58,799 nucleotides of DNA from Thermoplasmata archaeon (GTDB lineage Archaea; Thermoplasmatota; Thermoplasmata; Lutacidiplasmatales; UBA184). The position numbers and the translations under genes are program-made. The notes under the pieces were generated by a model that had not been told where the DNA came from, ran no database searches, and worked only from the letters and a program-made list of their open reading frames with translations. Below, piece after piece: positions 1 through 10,100 of this stretch. The stretch lies in assembly GCA_021823345.1 (NCBI GenBank), contig JAKAOF010000007.1, forward strand, positions 1 to 58,799, given 5' to 3'. The stretch's first letter is position 1, and each line of letters begins with the position of its first letter.

Positions 1-149
1 ACACCAATTGACTTAAGGTCTTCGTAGAGTCTGGGGAGAAGTGCGCGATGGCTGGAGTCGCTTGTAGGGCGGGGAGATCTCAATGTTGGTGCTGCGGCCG
101 GCCCTCGACCCCCACCGCTTGATAACCACCCCTTCGCGCGATGGGGAAG

Positions 150-536
150 TCAGTGGAAAATGACCCCAGGAACTTTCTTCAGGTGAGGGTCGCTCGTATG
201 CAGCTCTGCCCGGTATCTCCGAGCTGTTGCGTAGATCAGGGCGTCAGAGAAATGCAGACCGAGAGACAAGCTGTAGTCTGCCGCTTCGAGTGCCAATTGG
301 TCATCGATCGGGACAAGTCGTGTCGCTCGAAGTGGCACCACCGCCTCCAGGGCGATAGCTTCCCCACGGATGGGTTTGAGTTTCTTGTAGACCTCGTAGA
401 CCGTAACAACTGACGTGACAATGTCCCTCGGAGCCGTGCTATCGATTACCCGGTCGTATTCGCTCGCCTTCGGTCCTTCGATCAATCGCTCCAGCCATCC
501 GAAGCTATCGATGCTCACAGGCTTGGAACTCTGCAC
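150..536 (-). CDS. vapC: PIN-domain toxin of a type II toxin-antitoxin pair (VapC family)
   Basis: 128 aa with PIN acidic residues (IDS, YEV, SDALIYATA, TSD); lies directly downstream of an AbrB-type antitoxin. Confidence 0.9.
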   Translation of the reverse strand: MQSSKPVSIDSFGWLERLIEGPKASEYDRVIDSTAPRDIVTSVVTVYEVYKKLKPIRGEAIALEAVVPLRATRLVPIDDQLALEAADYSLSLGLHFSDALIYATARRYRAELHTSDPHLKKVPGVIFH

Positions 537-541
537 AGGTC

Positions 542-769
542 TCAGGTCCTCTCGGCGTGATCCCGCAGGTCTCCCAGATCAAGCTCAAGCCCTCGGAGCA
601 TGCCCTTGGACTTCCCAAAGGCGAGCACAGGAACCAGGTGGACTACTCCATGCTTGACGATGACGGCCATCTTGTCCCCAGGATGAATGTGATTCTCCTG
701 ACGGACGCGTTCAGGGATCACGACCTGGTACTTGGAAGAGACTGTGACGGTCTCCATCGATTCGCTCAT
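542..769 (-). CDS. vapB: AbrB/MazE/SpoVT-fold antitoxin (VapB)
   Basis: N-terminal VTVSSKYQVVIPERVR swapped-hairpin motif; 5 bp upstream of the PIN gene. Confidence 0.88.
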   Translation of the reverse strand: MSESMETVTVSSKYQVVIPERVRQENHIHPGDKMAVIVKHGVVHLVPVLAFGKSKGMLRGLELDLGDLRDHAERT

Positions 770-784
770 CGTTCAACCAATGTC

Positions 785-799
785 ATATCGATATAAATG
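785..799 (-). promoter_or_regulatory. TATA box overlapping a palindromic operator of the vapBC operon
   Basis: Minus-strand TTTATA about 25 nt upstream of the ATG at 769, overlapping the perfect palindrome ATATCGATAT (785-794); fits antitoxin autorepression. Confidence 0.55.
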
Positions 800-921
800 G
801 CTTTTGCACGTCTCGGTCGACGCCATAGTGACCAAGTGATCCAAGGGGGGTCAATTCGTGTAGATATTGGGCACGGGGGTTGGCGTGGGCCTATCCCGTC
901 CCTCCCCCTAGGAGACAAGCA

Positions 922-1340
922 GTGAAGGTCTCGCACGAGATAGGGGGACGCATACTCATCACGGGGTCCTCTGTCTCCAGAAAGAGCGCTCTCTAGCTCG
1001 CTACTTTCGAATGCATGGGACCCTTGCCGTTGACGGTGATGTCATTCGTGGGCTCGGCCGCGCGGTCGACCTAGAGTGGTCGCCCACTCCGCCGAGTCAC
1101 CCACGAACGGTGGCAACGTGCGGACTACCGGTTCTTCTGAAACGAGGCCACCCTGAAGCGCTTCCTCGCTCGGACCCCCAACATCGCCATTTGTGGGGTC
1201 CGTGACAACATGTTCGATCTGGTCCTGTCTGGGCTCTTCGACCGGAAGATCTTCCAGAGCTCGAGTGGGCCACTAGTCCGGACTCGGTTGGCAGATTCCA
1301 CCAGTGACAACGGCTGCGGCAGCACACCCGAGAGAGAGAG
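922..1340 (+). pseudogene. Degraded P-loop nucleoside/nucleotide kinase-like gene
   Basis: AGGAG then GTG at 922. Stitching frames gives RILITGSSVSRKSAL / LARYFRMHGTLAVDGD / ...RFF*NEATLKRFLA..IAICGVRDNMF..LFDRKIF..LVRTRLA, with an eroded Walker A, two frameshifts and internal stops; the end is approximate. Confidence 0.6.
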
Positions 1341-2701
1341 CCTAAGCCCGGAACACAATCCGTACGTGGTCTCCTTTGGCCCAGGCCGCGAGCTTCGAGT
1401 TCGTGGATGCCGCTCTGCTCGTTATTCATCCCCTTTGGGGTAGGACGACCGGTTCTCAAGCGTCTCTGACGACGGTCGAGGAAGATAATGACGGCCATCA
1501 ACGCGACAGCGACCACGACCAACAGGAGCCAGATGACCAACTGCGGAATGTTAGACCCTGTGGAGGAGCAGGCAAGTCCTGGTTCTACAACAAGATTGGC
1601 TAAAGATCCGCCGGCAACATAAAGCCGATGGTTCGCGGTATCGAATGCCAAGGGTTCAGCGTCAAGGTTCCCCAGAAGGACAGGGGTGATGAAGGAGCCT
1701 ACGACCGCGTCAGAGGTAGCATTGACCTCGACAATGGAGGTGTTCTCTGATAGGAATAGCAGACCCGATTTCGGGTCCACAACCATACTCGACCCATACC
1801 AGGGCTGTGAAGCCAGCCCACTGACATTCCCTATCACTCTCCAAGTGTTCGCATTCAGAACGGTAACACCGAGTCCCCAAGGATTCATTCCGAATTTTTC
1901 TCCGGACAAGTATAGGTTGCGACTCACCGGATCGAAAGTGACATGTCCAGGAAAGAACCCAAGGGCAATGGTCCCTAATGTTGCCCCGGTCGAACCATTA
2001 AAGACCGACAAGTTCCCAGCATCTGTCCCGACAAACCAGTTTCCATCATCTGGGTCAAAGGCGGCACTAGGCGGAAGCATTGGTGCGTTGATACTGGTAT
2101 TGTTCCAGAGTTCGATGCTTCTGACGATCGCGTCCGAAGTGCCATTGACCCACGTCGCGTTAGAGAACCAAGTTTCATTGTTGGGTCCTCGGCGCTCAGA
2201 GCTGAGGGTGGAAAGGAGCAGGGAGTTTGTCGAAGAGTCGAACGCTATCGCCGAGGTATAGAAAGGGAACGTTTGGACGACATTTCCGCTTTGGGGCGAA
2301 AGGAACTCCGTGGAACCATTCAACCCTTCGGAGCTCGCAATCAACTGACCATTCAGCGGATCGACCCCTAAAGTAGTGTAGACCCCGAAGGAGGGATAGG
2401 GTTCGAAGTTACGGTCGGCCCCCGTCTCGTTGTCTACTGCATACGTTCCCAGGAGGGGAAAGGCGGGGGGGCTGTATCCGATGCCAAGCGCATAGACCTC
2501 CTCATTCTTGGCATCAAAGGTCATGTCGATTCCGTTGACCTCATTGGACGTGTTTGCAAGGATACAGTTTGGGAGCCCTGCGGAGTCGGTGGGTGTAACC
2601 GGATTTCCTGGAGCATGTGCAGAACCAAGAGCGCCCACGTCTAGAATCGCAACAGCTAACACCATAACTAAAGGAGTAAATCCAGACCGTGAGACAGCCA
2701 C
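1097..2701 (-). CDS. Membrane-anchored surface beta-propeller protein (YVTN/YncE-like repeats)
   Basis: Signal peptide, repeated 'AFDPxxxxLYV' blades, C-terminal TM helix plus basic tail; the last ~100 aa look like read-through. Confidence 0.75.
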   Translation of the reverse strand: MAVSRSGFTPLVMVLAVAILDVGALGSAHAPGNPVTPTDSAGLPNCILANTSNEVNGIDMTFDAKNEEVYALGIGYSPPAFPLLGTYAVDNETGADRNFEPYPSFGVYTTLGVDPLNGQLIASSEGLNGSTEFLSPQSGNVVQTFPFYTSAIAFDSSTNSLLLSTLSSERRGPNNETWFSNATWVNGTSDAIVRSIELWNNTSINAPMLPPSAAFDPDDGNWFVGTDAGNLSVFNGSTGATLGTIALGFFPGHVTFDPVSRNLYLSGEKFGMNPWGLGVTVLNANTWRVIGNVSGLASQPWYGSSMVVDPKSGLLFLSENTSIVEVNATSDAVVGSFITPVLLGNLDAEPLAFDTANHRLYVAGGSLANLVVEPGLACSSTGSNIPQLVIWLLLVVVAVALMAVIIFLDRRQRRLRTGRPTPKGMNNEQSGIHELEARGLGQRRPRTDCVPGLGSLSRVCCRSRCHWWNLPTESGLVAHSSSGRSSGRRAQTGPDRTCCHGPHKWRCWGSERGSASGWPRFRRTGSPHVATVRG

Positions 2702-2999
2702 AGGATTTCAAAAAAGAGCGAGGATGAAAGCTTTGGGGGGCGCCATGGTTTCAAACGACGGGAGGTCAAGGCTGGCCCCTCCCCCGAAGCCATCCGGAGT
2801 GTAGCCAGAGCTTCGAGGGAGCGACCACCCTCCGATTGAAGAAATAGGGGGAGGCGGATTGGTCATGTCGGTAGCATTCGTAACCAAACTGCAGTACCCA
2901 ACGCCGGGTACCTTGAGCCGGGGCGTGAGAGCGGGCGAGCCGGAAGACTTGGCCGTGCCGTGTGCTATTGACGATCTTCCGTGGGAGCTTTGTCGACCA

Positions 3000-3779
3000 T
3001 CACCACCGCCGCAGCATCTCCGTCACGGCGTGTTCCATGAGCACTTCCAAGTTCACCGTGTCAGCGCGGTTGTAGGCGACCAGCCGTTCCAGGGCCCCCT
3101 TCACTCCGCGGCAGTGCTGGTACCAGAGGTGGATGGCCTCGAGGCCGTCGATGCCCTCCACTCCCGCGCGGTCTCCCAGCTGGAGCTGCCGCTCGATCGA
3201 CTTCAATCCTCCGCGCAACCCTTGTCGCTGGAAGACCCACCTCAGGTCCACGTGGACCGGCGGGAACTGTAGCTCGGGGAAATGGGCGGCCAGGAACGGG
3301 ACATCGAACTGGGAGCCATTGAACGTCACGAGGAGAGCGAAGGGACGAAGGACGCTTCCGAGCTCCTCGAGGTCCTCTCCCTGCACGAGGGTCCGGGTCG
3401 TTCCTCCCCCGTGGACGGTCACGCAAGTGACGACCCCATAGCTGGGGCTGAAGGAGGTGGTCTCGATATCGAGGAACGCGGTGCGCTCGCGGAAATCGGG
3501 ATACATCCTCCAGTGCTCTCGGGAGGGAACGGTCCCGGCGAAGTAGGCGGCGTTGCCCGTTCGGAGCGCCTCCTCACTGAACTGGAGTTCGTCCCGGATC
3601 TGGGCGAGGTGCCCGGCGGACATCCCGGGAAACTCCTCTCGCTTGGCCAGGTCCGACCAGTCGTGGATCCCGGCCTCCCAGAGGTGGGTCTCGATCTTCT
3701 CGCCCACGCCCGGGAGGTGCTGGAAGGTGGCGCGAAGGGGGGACGGCGACCCTCGGTTCCCCACCTCCCCGGAGCGCAT
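3000..3779 (-). CDS. YprB-like RNase H-fold (DEDD) exonuclease with N-terminal HhH motif
   Basis: FQHLPGVG HhH; FLDIETT, TFNGSQFDVPFL, GGLKSIE and YNRADT motifs. Confidence 0.85.
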   Translation of the reverse strand: MRSGEVGNRGSPSPLRATFQHLPGVGEKIETHLWEAGIHDWSDLAKREEFPGMSAGHLAQIRDELQFSEEALRTGNAAYFAGTVPSREHWRMYPDFRERTAFLDIETTSFSPSYGVVTCVTVHGGGTTRTLVQGEDLEELGSVLRPFALLVTFNGSQFDVPFLAAHFPELQFPPVHVDLRWVFQRQGLRGGLKSIERQLQLGDRAGVEGIDGLEAIHLWYQHCRGVKGALERLVAYNRADTVNLEVLMEHAVTEMLRRW

Positions 3780-3885
3780 GCCGGTCCCAACCGCGGTGGA
3801 CTAGAAAACGGTGGCCCCGCCTAGTTTCCCTCAGCTAAGAGGAATTCCTCGGAACGACGTCCGGGGGAGGTACCCCCGCCCACCG

Positions 3886-4644
3886 TCAGCGGTCTTTCCA
3901 CCGGGCGGGTCGCTTCTCCAGGAAGGCGCGGAGTCCTTCGGTCGCGTCTTCCGTGGACATGAGGTCCTCGAGGTAGAGACGTGTCGCCCGCGCCCGGGCC
4001 TCTCCCCAGTGCACCGCGAGACCCTCCCGGATGGCCCGCTTTGCGAGGCCGAGCACCGCGAGGCTGGAGCGGGCGAGCACCGTGGCCGTGGCGGCGACGG
4101 TCGACTCGAGCTTCCCTTCGGCCACCACCTGGCTCACCGCGCCCATCCGTTGCGCCTCAAGCGCCGAGACCGGGCGTGGGTCCAACAGCAACCGGTAGGC
4201 ATTCTGGAGTCCGCAGATCCGGGGATAGAGCGCCGCACCCACGGGAGGGAAGACCCCGACCGCCACCTCGGGCTGACCGAACTGGGCGCCCTCCGTGGCG
4301 AGCACGAGGTCGCAGGAGAGCGCCAACTCCATCCCGCCGCCGAGGCACTTCCCGTCGACCGCGGCGAGGGTGGGCTTGGGGTACGTGACGAGCCGGCCGC
4401 ACAGGTCGACGAAGCTTTCGATCATCGTCCGGAAGTCCGGGGGAAGGTGCTCACCGACATCGGCCCCGGCGCTGAACACCCGGGGGATCTTCGACGAGAG
4501 CACGACCACGCGGGTCCGGGGGTCCTCCGCGAGGGCGGTGAGCTCGGTATGGAGCTGGGCGATGAGCTTCTGGTTGAGGATGTTGAGCGGAGGGTGGTGG
4601 AGGGCGAGGTACGCGACGCCGTCCTGCGTGGATCGTTCGATCAC
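3886..4644 (-). CDS. dch: Crotonase-family hydratase, probable cyclohexa-1,5-diene-1-carbonyl-CoA hydratase
   Basis: PPLNIL, FSAGADVGEH, CLGGGMELA, FGQPEVAVGVFPP motifs; overlaps the had-like gene in an oah-had-dch operon. Confidence 0.7.
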   Translation of the reverse strand: MIERSTQDGVAYLALHHPPLNILNQKLIAQLHTELTALAEDPRTRVVVLSSKIPRVFSAGADVGEHLPPDFRTMIESFVDLCGRLVTYPKPTLAAVDGKCLGGGMELALSCDLVLATEGAQFGQPEVAVGVFPPVGAALYPRICGLQNAYRLLLDPRPVSALEAQRMGAVSQVVAEGKLESTVAATATVLARSSLAVLGLAKRAIREGLAVHWGEARARATRLYLEDLMSTEDATEGLRAFLEKRPARWKDR

Positions 4645-5705
4645 GGTCCGAAGACGGCCACTTGGCGACCGAGGGCCTTCCCGTGCTCGAGGTTGGCGAG
4701 GGCGTCATTGATCTCCTCCAAGCGGAAACGCGCACTGATGAGGGGGGCCAACTGGAGACGTCCTTCGCGGACCATCTTCAGGATGACCGGGTACTCGGCC
4801 GACCGGCAGCCGAGGGATCCGATGATCGATATCTCCCGGAACATGACGCGGTTGACCCGGAGCGTCCAGTCCTCCTCGCTGTAGCCGACGGTCACGAGGC
4901 GCCCTCCGGGGCGTACGGATTCGAACGCGCTCTGGAGCACATCGGGACGGCCCACCACTTCGAAGGCGGCATCTACCCCGCCGCCGGTCAGTTTCCGGAT
5001 CTTCTTGGGAACCTCCCCCTGGGCCGGGTTGAGCGTTTCCCGGGCGCCCAGGGCCTTGGCGAGGGCGAGCTTCTCCTCGCTGACGTCGACCGCGATCACC
5101 GAGGCCCCGAACGCGGCGGCCGACTGCACGGCGTTGAGTCCCACTCCACCACACCCGAAGACGGCGACGTTCTCCCCGGCCCGTACCTGGGCCCGGTTCT
5201 TGACGGCATGGAACGGGGTGGACAGCGCATCGGCGACGAGGGCGCTCTCGACGAGGGGAAGACCCTCGGGCAGCGGCACCACGTACGCGGCCGGCGCGGT
5301 GACGTACTCGGCGAAGCCACCATCCCGGTGGTTGCCGAACATCGTCATGCGTTCGCAGATGTTGTCCCGGCCCGTGCGGCAGGGGATGCACTGGCCGCAG
5401 GAGACGACGGCGGGCACGAGGACAGGGTCCCCGACGTGGATCCCCTCCACCTCGGGTCCGAGCGACTCCACGGTGCCCGAGATCTCATGGCCCAGGGTCA
5501 CCGGGGGACTACGGAAGGTCGGAGTGCCGTGGAGGTAGTGCAGGTCGGTGGCGCAGATGCCGCAGGCGGCGGTGCGGACGAGCACCTCTCCCGCTCGGGG
5601 CTCGGGGCGGGGGATCTCCTCCACCACCAGCCGCTGCTCGGGGGAGAGCACGCCGTGCTTCGGAACGAACCCGGAGGGAAGACCGTGGAAACGGGCGGCC
5701 CTCAT
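4641..5705 (-). CDS. had: Zn-dependent alcohol dehydrogenase, probable 6-hydroxycyclohex-1-ene-1-carbonyl-CoA dehydrogenase
   Basis: CGICATD, GHE, CGQCIPC...C, GCGGVG motifs; true start ATG 5705 overlaps the upstream stop; context between oah and dch. Confidence 0.68.
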   Translation of the reverse strand: MRAARFHGLPSGFVPKHGVLSPEQRLVVEEIPRPEPRAGEVLVRTAACGICATDLHYLHGTPTFRSPPVTLGHEISGTVESLGPEVEGIHVGDPVLVPAVVSCGQCIPCRTGRDNICERMTMFGNHRDGGFAEYVTAPAAYVVPLPEGLPLVESALVADALSTPFHAVKNRAQVRAGENVAVFGCGGVGLNAVQSAAAFGASVIAVDVSEEKLALAKALGARETLNPAQGEVPKKIRKLTGGGVDAAFEVVGRPDVLQSAFESVRPGGRLVTVGYSEEDWTLRVNRVMFREISIIGSLGCRSAEYPVILKMVREGRLQLAPLISARFRLEEINDALANLEHGKALGRQVAVFGP

Positions 5706-6655
5706 AGGGTCGTGGGGGTGAGCTGGTTTCCGCAGTGCAGGCAGTAGAGCGACTGGCTCGGCAGGTACTCGGTGCCGCACTTGGGACACTGCGCGGAGGC
5801 GGGCCCGAACGGATAGTGGGGGTCCATCCCCTTCGACATCTTGTCCCGGATCGCCCGGTACCGGCGTGGCCGCTTCTCGCGGAAGGCGGTCAGGCCCTCC
5901 ATCGGCTCCATCGAGCCGACGTTGAGGGCGAAGAACTCCTTGGCGTGCTCCCAGGTCGGTGCCCAGACGAAATCCTTCCACCAGTTGAGGTGGACCTTGA
6001 AGTAGTGCACGCTGGTCGGCGAGAGCTCGAGCATCCGGTCGATGTAGGACTTCACGGCGGCATCGAGCTTCGCCCGGGGGACCACATCGTTCACGATCCC
6101 CCATTCCTTCGCCTTCGTCGCGGTGATCTCGCTCGAGAGCATCACGAGCTCGGCGGTGTGCTTCAGTCCGGCGTGAAGGGGGAGCCACTGGGAGAGACCT
6201 CCGATCGAGGTCATCCCCACCCGCGGTCCGGGAGAGAGCACCCGGGCCTCCTCCGTCGCGATCGCGAGATCGCTCGCGGCGACGAACTCGAGCCCGCCGC
6301 CCGCGACGGTCCCGTTGATGCGGCAGATGACCGGCTTCCCGCAGTGGAGGATGATGCTCATGAACCGGCCGTAGATCTCGCCCCAGTTCCACCAGTCGTT
6401 GGGCTTGCGACCGTAGGTGCTGCGATATTCATCGACGTTGCCGCCGGTACAGAAGGCCTTCTCGCCGGCCCCGGTCAGGACGATGAACTGGACGTCGTCG
6501 TCCCACATCGCGTCCTCGAAGGCCTGGACGAGTTCCCGCAAGGTCGACAGGAGGTAGGAGTTCTGCTGGGACTCCCGGTTGATCGTGATGAGGACCGTGT
6601 GGTCGTGCCAACCCTTCTCGTATAGTATGTCGTTGAACTTGCGTTTTTCCGTCAT
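5702..6655 (-). CDS. oah: 6-oxocyclohex-1-ene-1-carbonyl-CoA hydrolase-like crotonase with C-terminal zinc ribbon
   Basis: AFCTGGNxxEYxxxYxxxP and KPVICRING signatures typical of Oah/BamA; terminal CPKC..CLHC. Confidence 0.72.
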   Translation of the reverse strand: MTEKRKFNDILYEKGWHDHTVLITINRESQQNSYLLSTLRELVQAFEDAMWDDDVQFIVLTGAGEKAFCTGGNVDEYRSTYGRKPNDWWNWGEIYGRFMSIILHCGKPVICRINGTVAGGGLEFVAASDLAIATEEARVLSPGPRVGMTSIGGLSQWLPLHAGLKHTAELVMLSSEITATKAKEWGIVNDVVPRAKLDAAVKSYIDRMLELSPTSVHYFKVHLNWWKDFVWAPTWEHAKEFFALNVGSMEPMEGLTAFREKRPRRYRAIRDKMSKGMDPHYPFGPASAQCPKCGTEYLPSQSLYCLHCGNQLTPTTL

Positions 6656-7119
6656 GGGGACCTTGCGGTGGGCTCGACAGTGAAACGCTTCTTAAGCAAC
6701 ACCGTGCGGCGGAATTCGACCACGACCTCCTGGTTATTGTCCCGGACCTGGTCCCGGTAAACGACGAGGCCCGCGTCGGGGCGGGAGCGCAGGGACTTGA
6801 CCTCCAGGACCTCCGTGTGCAGCCGCAAGGTGTCCCCGGGATAGATCGGCTTGCGGAACTTCATCTCCTCGAGCGAGACGAGCGCAAGGAGGGAGTCCCG
6901 GGTGATCCCCTCGGTGGACCAGAGCCCCAGCGCGAGGGACACGGTGAGGAGCCCGTGGGCGATGGGTCGGCCGAAGGGCGTGGCCCGGGCGAACTCGGGA
7001 TCCAAGTGCACCGGGTTAAAGTCCCCGGTGATCTCGGCGAACTTCCGGACGTCCTCCGCGGTGACGGTGCGGGCCGGGGTGTCGAAGACGTCCCCGGCGT
7101 GCAGGTCCTCGAGGTACAT
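6652..7119 (-). CDS. MaoC/PaaZ C-terminal (hotdog-fold) dehydratase
   Basis: YLEDL..G, GDFNPVHLD, FGRPIAHG motifs; start reassigned to ATG 7119 (GTG 7128 possible). Confidence 0.88.
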   Translation of the reverse strand: MYLEDLHAGDVFDTPARTVTAEDVRKFAEITGDFNPVHLDPEFARATPFGRPIAHGLLTVSLALGLWSTEGITRDSLLALVSLEEMKFRKPIYPGDTLRLHTEVLEVKSLRSRPDAGLVVYRDQVRDNNQEVVVEFRRTVLLKKRFTVEPTARSP

Positions 7120-7133
7120 GGAGCGCACCCGGG

Positions 7134-10100
7134 CTACGGCCCTCCCTCGGTCGTAACGGGGCTTTGTTTCTTCTTTCCTCCGGGAAGCCACCAGACGCGC
7201 TCGCCGAGGATGGAGATGAGGGCGGGCATGAGGAAGGTCCGCACCACCATCGCGTCCAGGATGACCGCGACCCCGAGGCTGAACCCGATCGTGCGCAACA
7301 GCGCAAAGGAGTTCGAGGCGAGGACGAAGAACACGCTGGCGAGGATGATCGCCGCCGCGGTGATGATCCCGCCCGTGTAGCCGACCGCCTTCACCACGGC
7401 CTCCCGGGTCGGGATCCCCGCCGCCTTCTCTTCGCGGATCCGGGTCAAGATGAACACATTGTAGTCCATCCCGAGCCCGAGGACGATGATGAACAGGATC
7501 ACCCGGTCGAAGAAGAAGATCGGTGTCGCCAGCATCACGGCCATCACGAGGTAGGTCACGGCCCACGCCCACGCGATGGACACTCCGATCGTGACGACCG
7601 CCATGGCGGGGATTGTGAGGGAGGCGAGGAGCGTCAGGAGCACGAGGATGAGGCCGATCACGACGATCGTGATCATCCGGTCGAGCGCCTGGGAGGTCTG
7701 CTGGTCCAGGTCCTTGAGCTCGCTGGCCGCACCTCCGTAGTGGACCGCCTCGATGGCCGGATGGGCGCTGACGTACCCGGAGAGGGACCCTTCCACCGAG
7801 GTCAGCGCTTGGATCGCGGTGAGGGAGAGTCCCCCGGAGTTCGGGACGACGGTGAAGAGCACGGACCGGCCATCGGTGCCCACGTAGGGCGACAGGGTGG
7901 CATTGAGCTCGATGCGTTGTACCGGTCCGAGGGTGGAGTACGCGGTCCAACTGGACAGCGGCGCCCCGTACGCCCCCGTCGGGGAATCCACCGAAGCGAT
8001 GCCGGAGGTGTTGTTCATGAGCGACGTGAGACGCGCGATGTCCTGGAACTCCGTGACGTTCGCCGAGTTCGCGGTGACGAGGGGCGAACGGAAGGTGACG
8101 AGGATGTCCAGCGGGAAAGCATAGCCCGGACCGAAGTGGTTCGAGATGGCCGTCAGTCCCTGGGAAGCGGGAGAATTGGCCGGAAGCTGGCCGAAGTAGT
8201 CGTAGGTGACCGGGGCGGTGAGCGCCACGTAGGTGAGGGGGAGCGAGACCAACGCCGCCACGATCACGATCGGCACGGCCCGCCGTACGGCGAACTTGCC
8301 GGCCTTCTGGAAATAGGTCTGACCCGCCTCGGCCCGCTCTTCCCGGAGGTGTTCCCGGCGGACCATCCGTTCCCTCCGGTCGGGCCAGAAGACCCGCGGA
8401 CCGAGCAGCACGATGAGACTTGGTACGACGGTGAGCGAGATGAGCAGGGCGATGAAGACCGAGAGCGAAAGGACCATCCCCCACTGGCTCAGGAGGGCGA
8501 CGCCCGAGAAGGCGAGGGCCAGGGTCGAGAGGATGACCGTCGCGCCGCTGATCGCGATGCTCTCGCCCGCCCAGGTCATCGTCGCGATGAGCGCTTCCCG
8601 GTGCTCCTTGCCGTGCGCCAGCTCCTCGCGGTACCGGGAGAACAGAAACACCGCGTAGTCGGTGCCGACCCCGAGGACGAACGCATCCTGTAACTCGAGG
8701 GAGGTCACATCCACCCTCGTGATCATGGTCCCGATGAAGTAGGTGCCGCCCATCGAGATGACGAGCGCCATGGCGATCGGCCCGAACGCCACGATCGGGG
8801 TCACCGGCGAGCGGAAGTAGAGCGCCGTGATGAGGAGGAGAACGGAGACGCTCAGGGGGAGCGTCAGCACGAGTCCGCTGGTGAGCACATTGTTCTCGTC
8901 ATTGTCGAGCGGGGCGACCCCCGTCTGGTAGTAGCTCAGTCCCCCCGAGGGATCCGTCTTCTTCAGGGTCGAGTCGAGGATGCTGTTCATCACACCGATG
9001 TCGTTGAAGATCGGCTGGCTGCCGTCGGGCGCCGTGTAGGCGTCCTGCTGCGTGTAGGAGATGGCGATGAGGGTGAGCTCCCCGTCCGGGGAGACGAACG
9101 ACCGGGCGATGGCGGCGGGCACGGCCAGCGGGTACTGGTCGACCGGGACGTTGTCGGCCGTGCGGTTCGCCCAGGCTGACAGATTGGAGGCCGTGCTGCC
9201 GTACGGGAACGTCGTCCACACGTAGGTGATCCAGGTGGTGGAGAATCCCGTCTGCGCGGCGAGGATCTGGGCCGTCAGGTCCCGCACCGCCGGACCGGAG
9301 GTGAAGTTCTCGATCCCGAGCCCTGAGAGCACGGGACCGGCGAGCTCCGGTGAGACCAGCGGGAACTCCCCTGCGTTCGCGGGAGCCGCCAGCGAGTGGC
9401 GAGCCACGTCGTCCGAACAGGCGAGGAAGAGCGGGTAGAGCCCGGCCTCTTGCGGGCAGGCGGGGGTCGAATTGAACGCGGAGTAGAACGTGCCGAGGAT
9501 CTTCTGGAGCGTGGCGTGGACGGTCTGGTTCGAGTAGGCGGAGAGCGACTGGTTCGCCTGGTAGTACGCCTCTGCGTTGACCGTGGCCGTGGGCGCCGAG
9601 GGGTTCGCCTCCTTGACCCCGTACCAGGATTCGGCATAGGTAGCCGGGGAGGTCCACAGGAGCAGCGCGGTGTCGTTCACTCCCGAGTAGAGCGACAGGG
9701 GCCCGTGGGTACTGTTCTGGAGCACCGCCAGGGTGAGCTCCGTCTGCCCGTCCAGGTACTGGGCATAGGTGGAGTAGAACGTGGAGACGTTTGCAAGGTA
9801 CTGGATCGATCGGTTCTGGGGGAGCTCCTGGGCCACCCGGACCACGGTGGCTTGCCCCGCGGGGCCCATGACGTTCGGGCCTTCGATGGCGATGATGCTG
9901 GAGGAGGCCGAATTCTGACTGGGGAAGAGCGCGGCGATCTCGTTCGCGGCCACGATGCTCGGCGCATTGTCGGGGAGGACGGTGGCGGAGTTCGTGGTGG
10001 CGTTGCCGATGTTGCTGAGCGTGGGAACCGCGATGACGAGGACGATCACCCAGATGATGAGCGGGTGGTAGGGATGGCGGGTGATCCAGGTGCCCAGGGC

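Noticed and set aside
5702-6655. MenB (naphthoate synthase), suggested by the nearby menA-like gene
   Set aside because: It has FCTGGN and Oah-type features rather than the MenB FCSGGDQ motif, and it sits with had- and dch-like genes.
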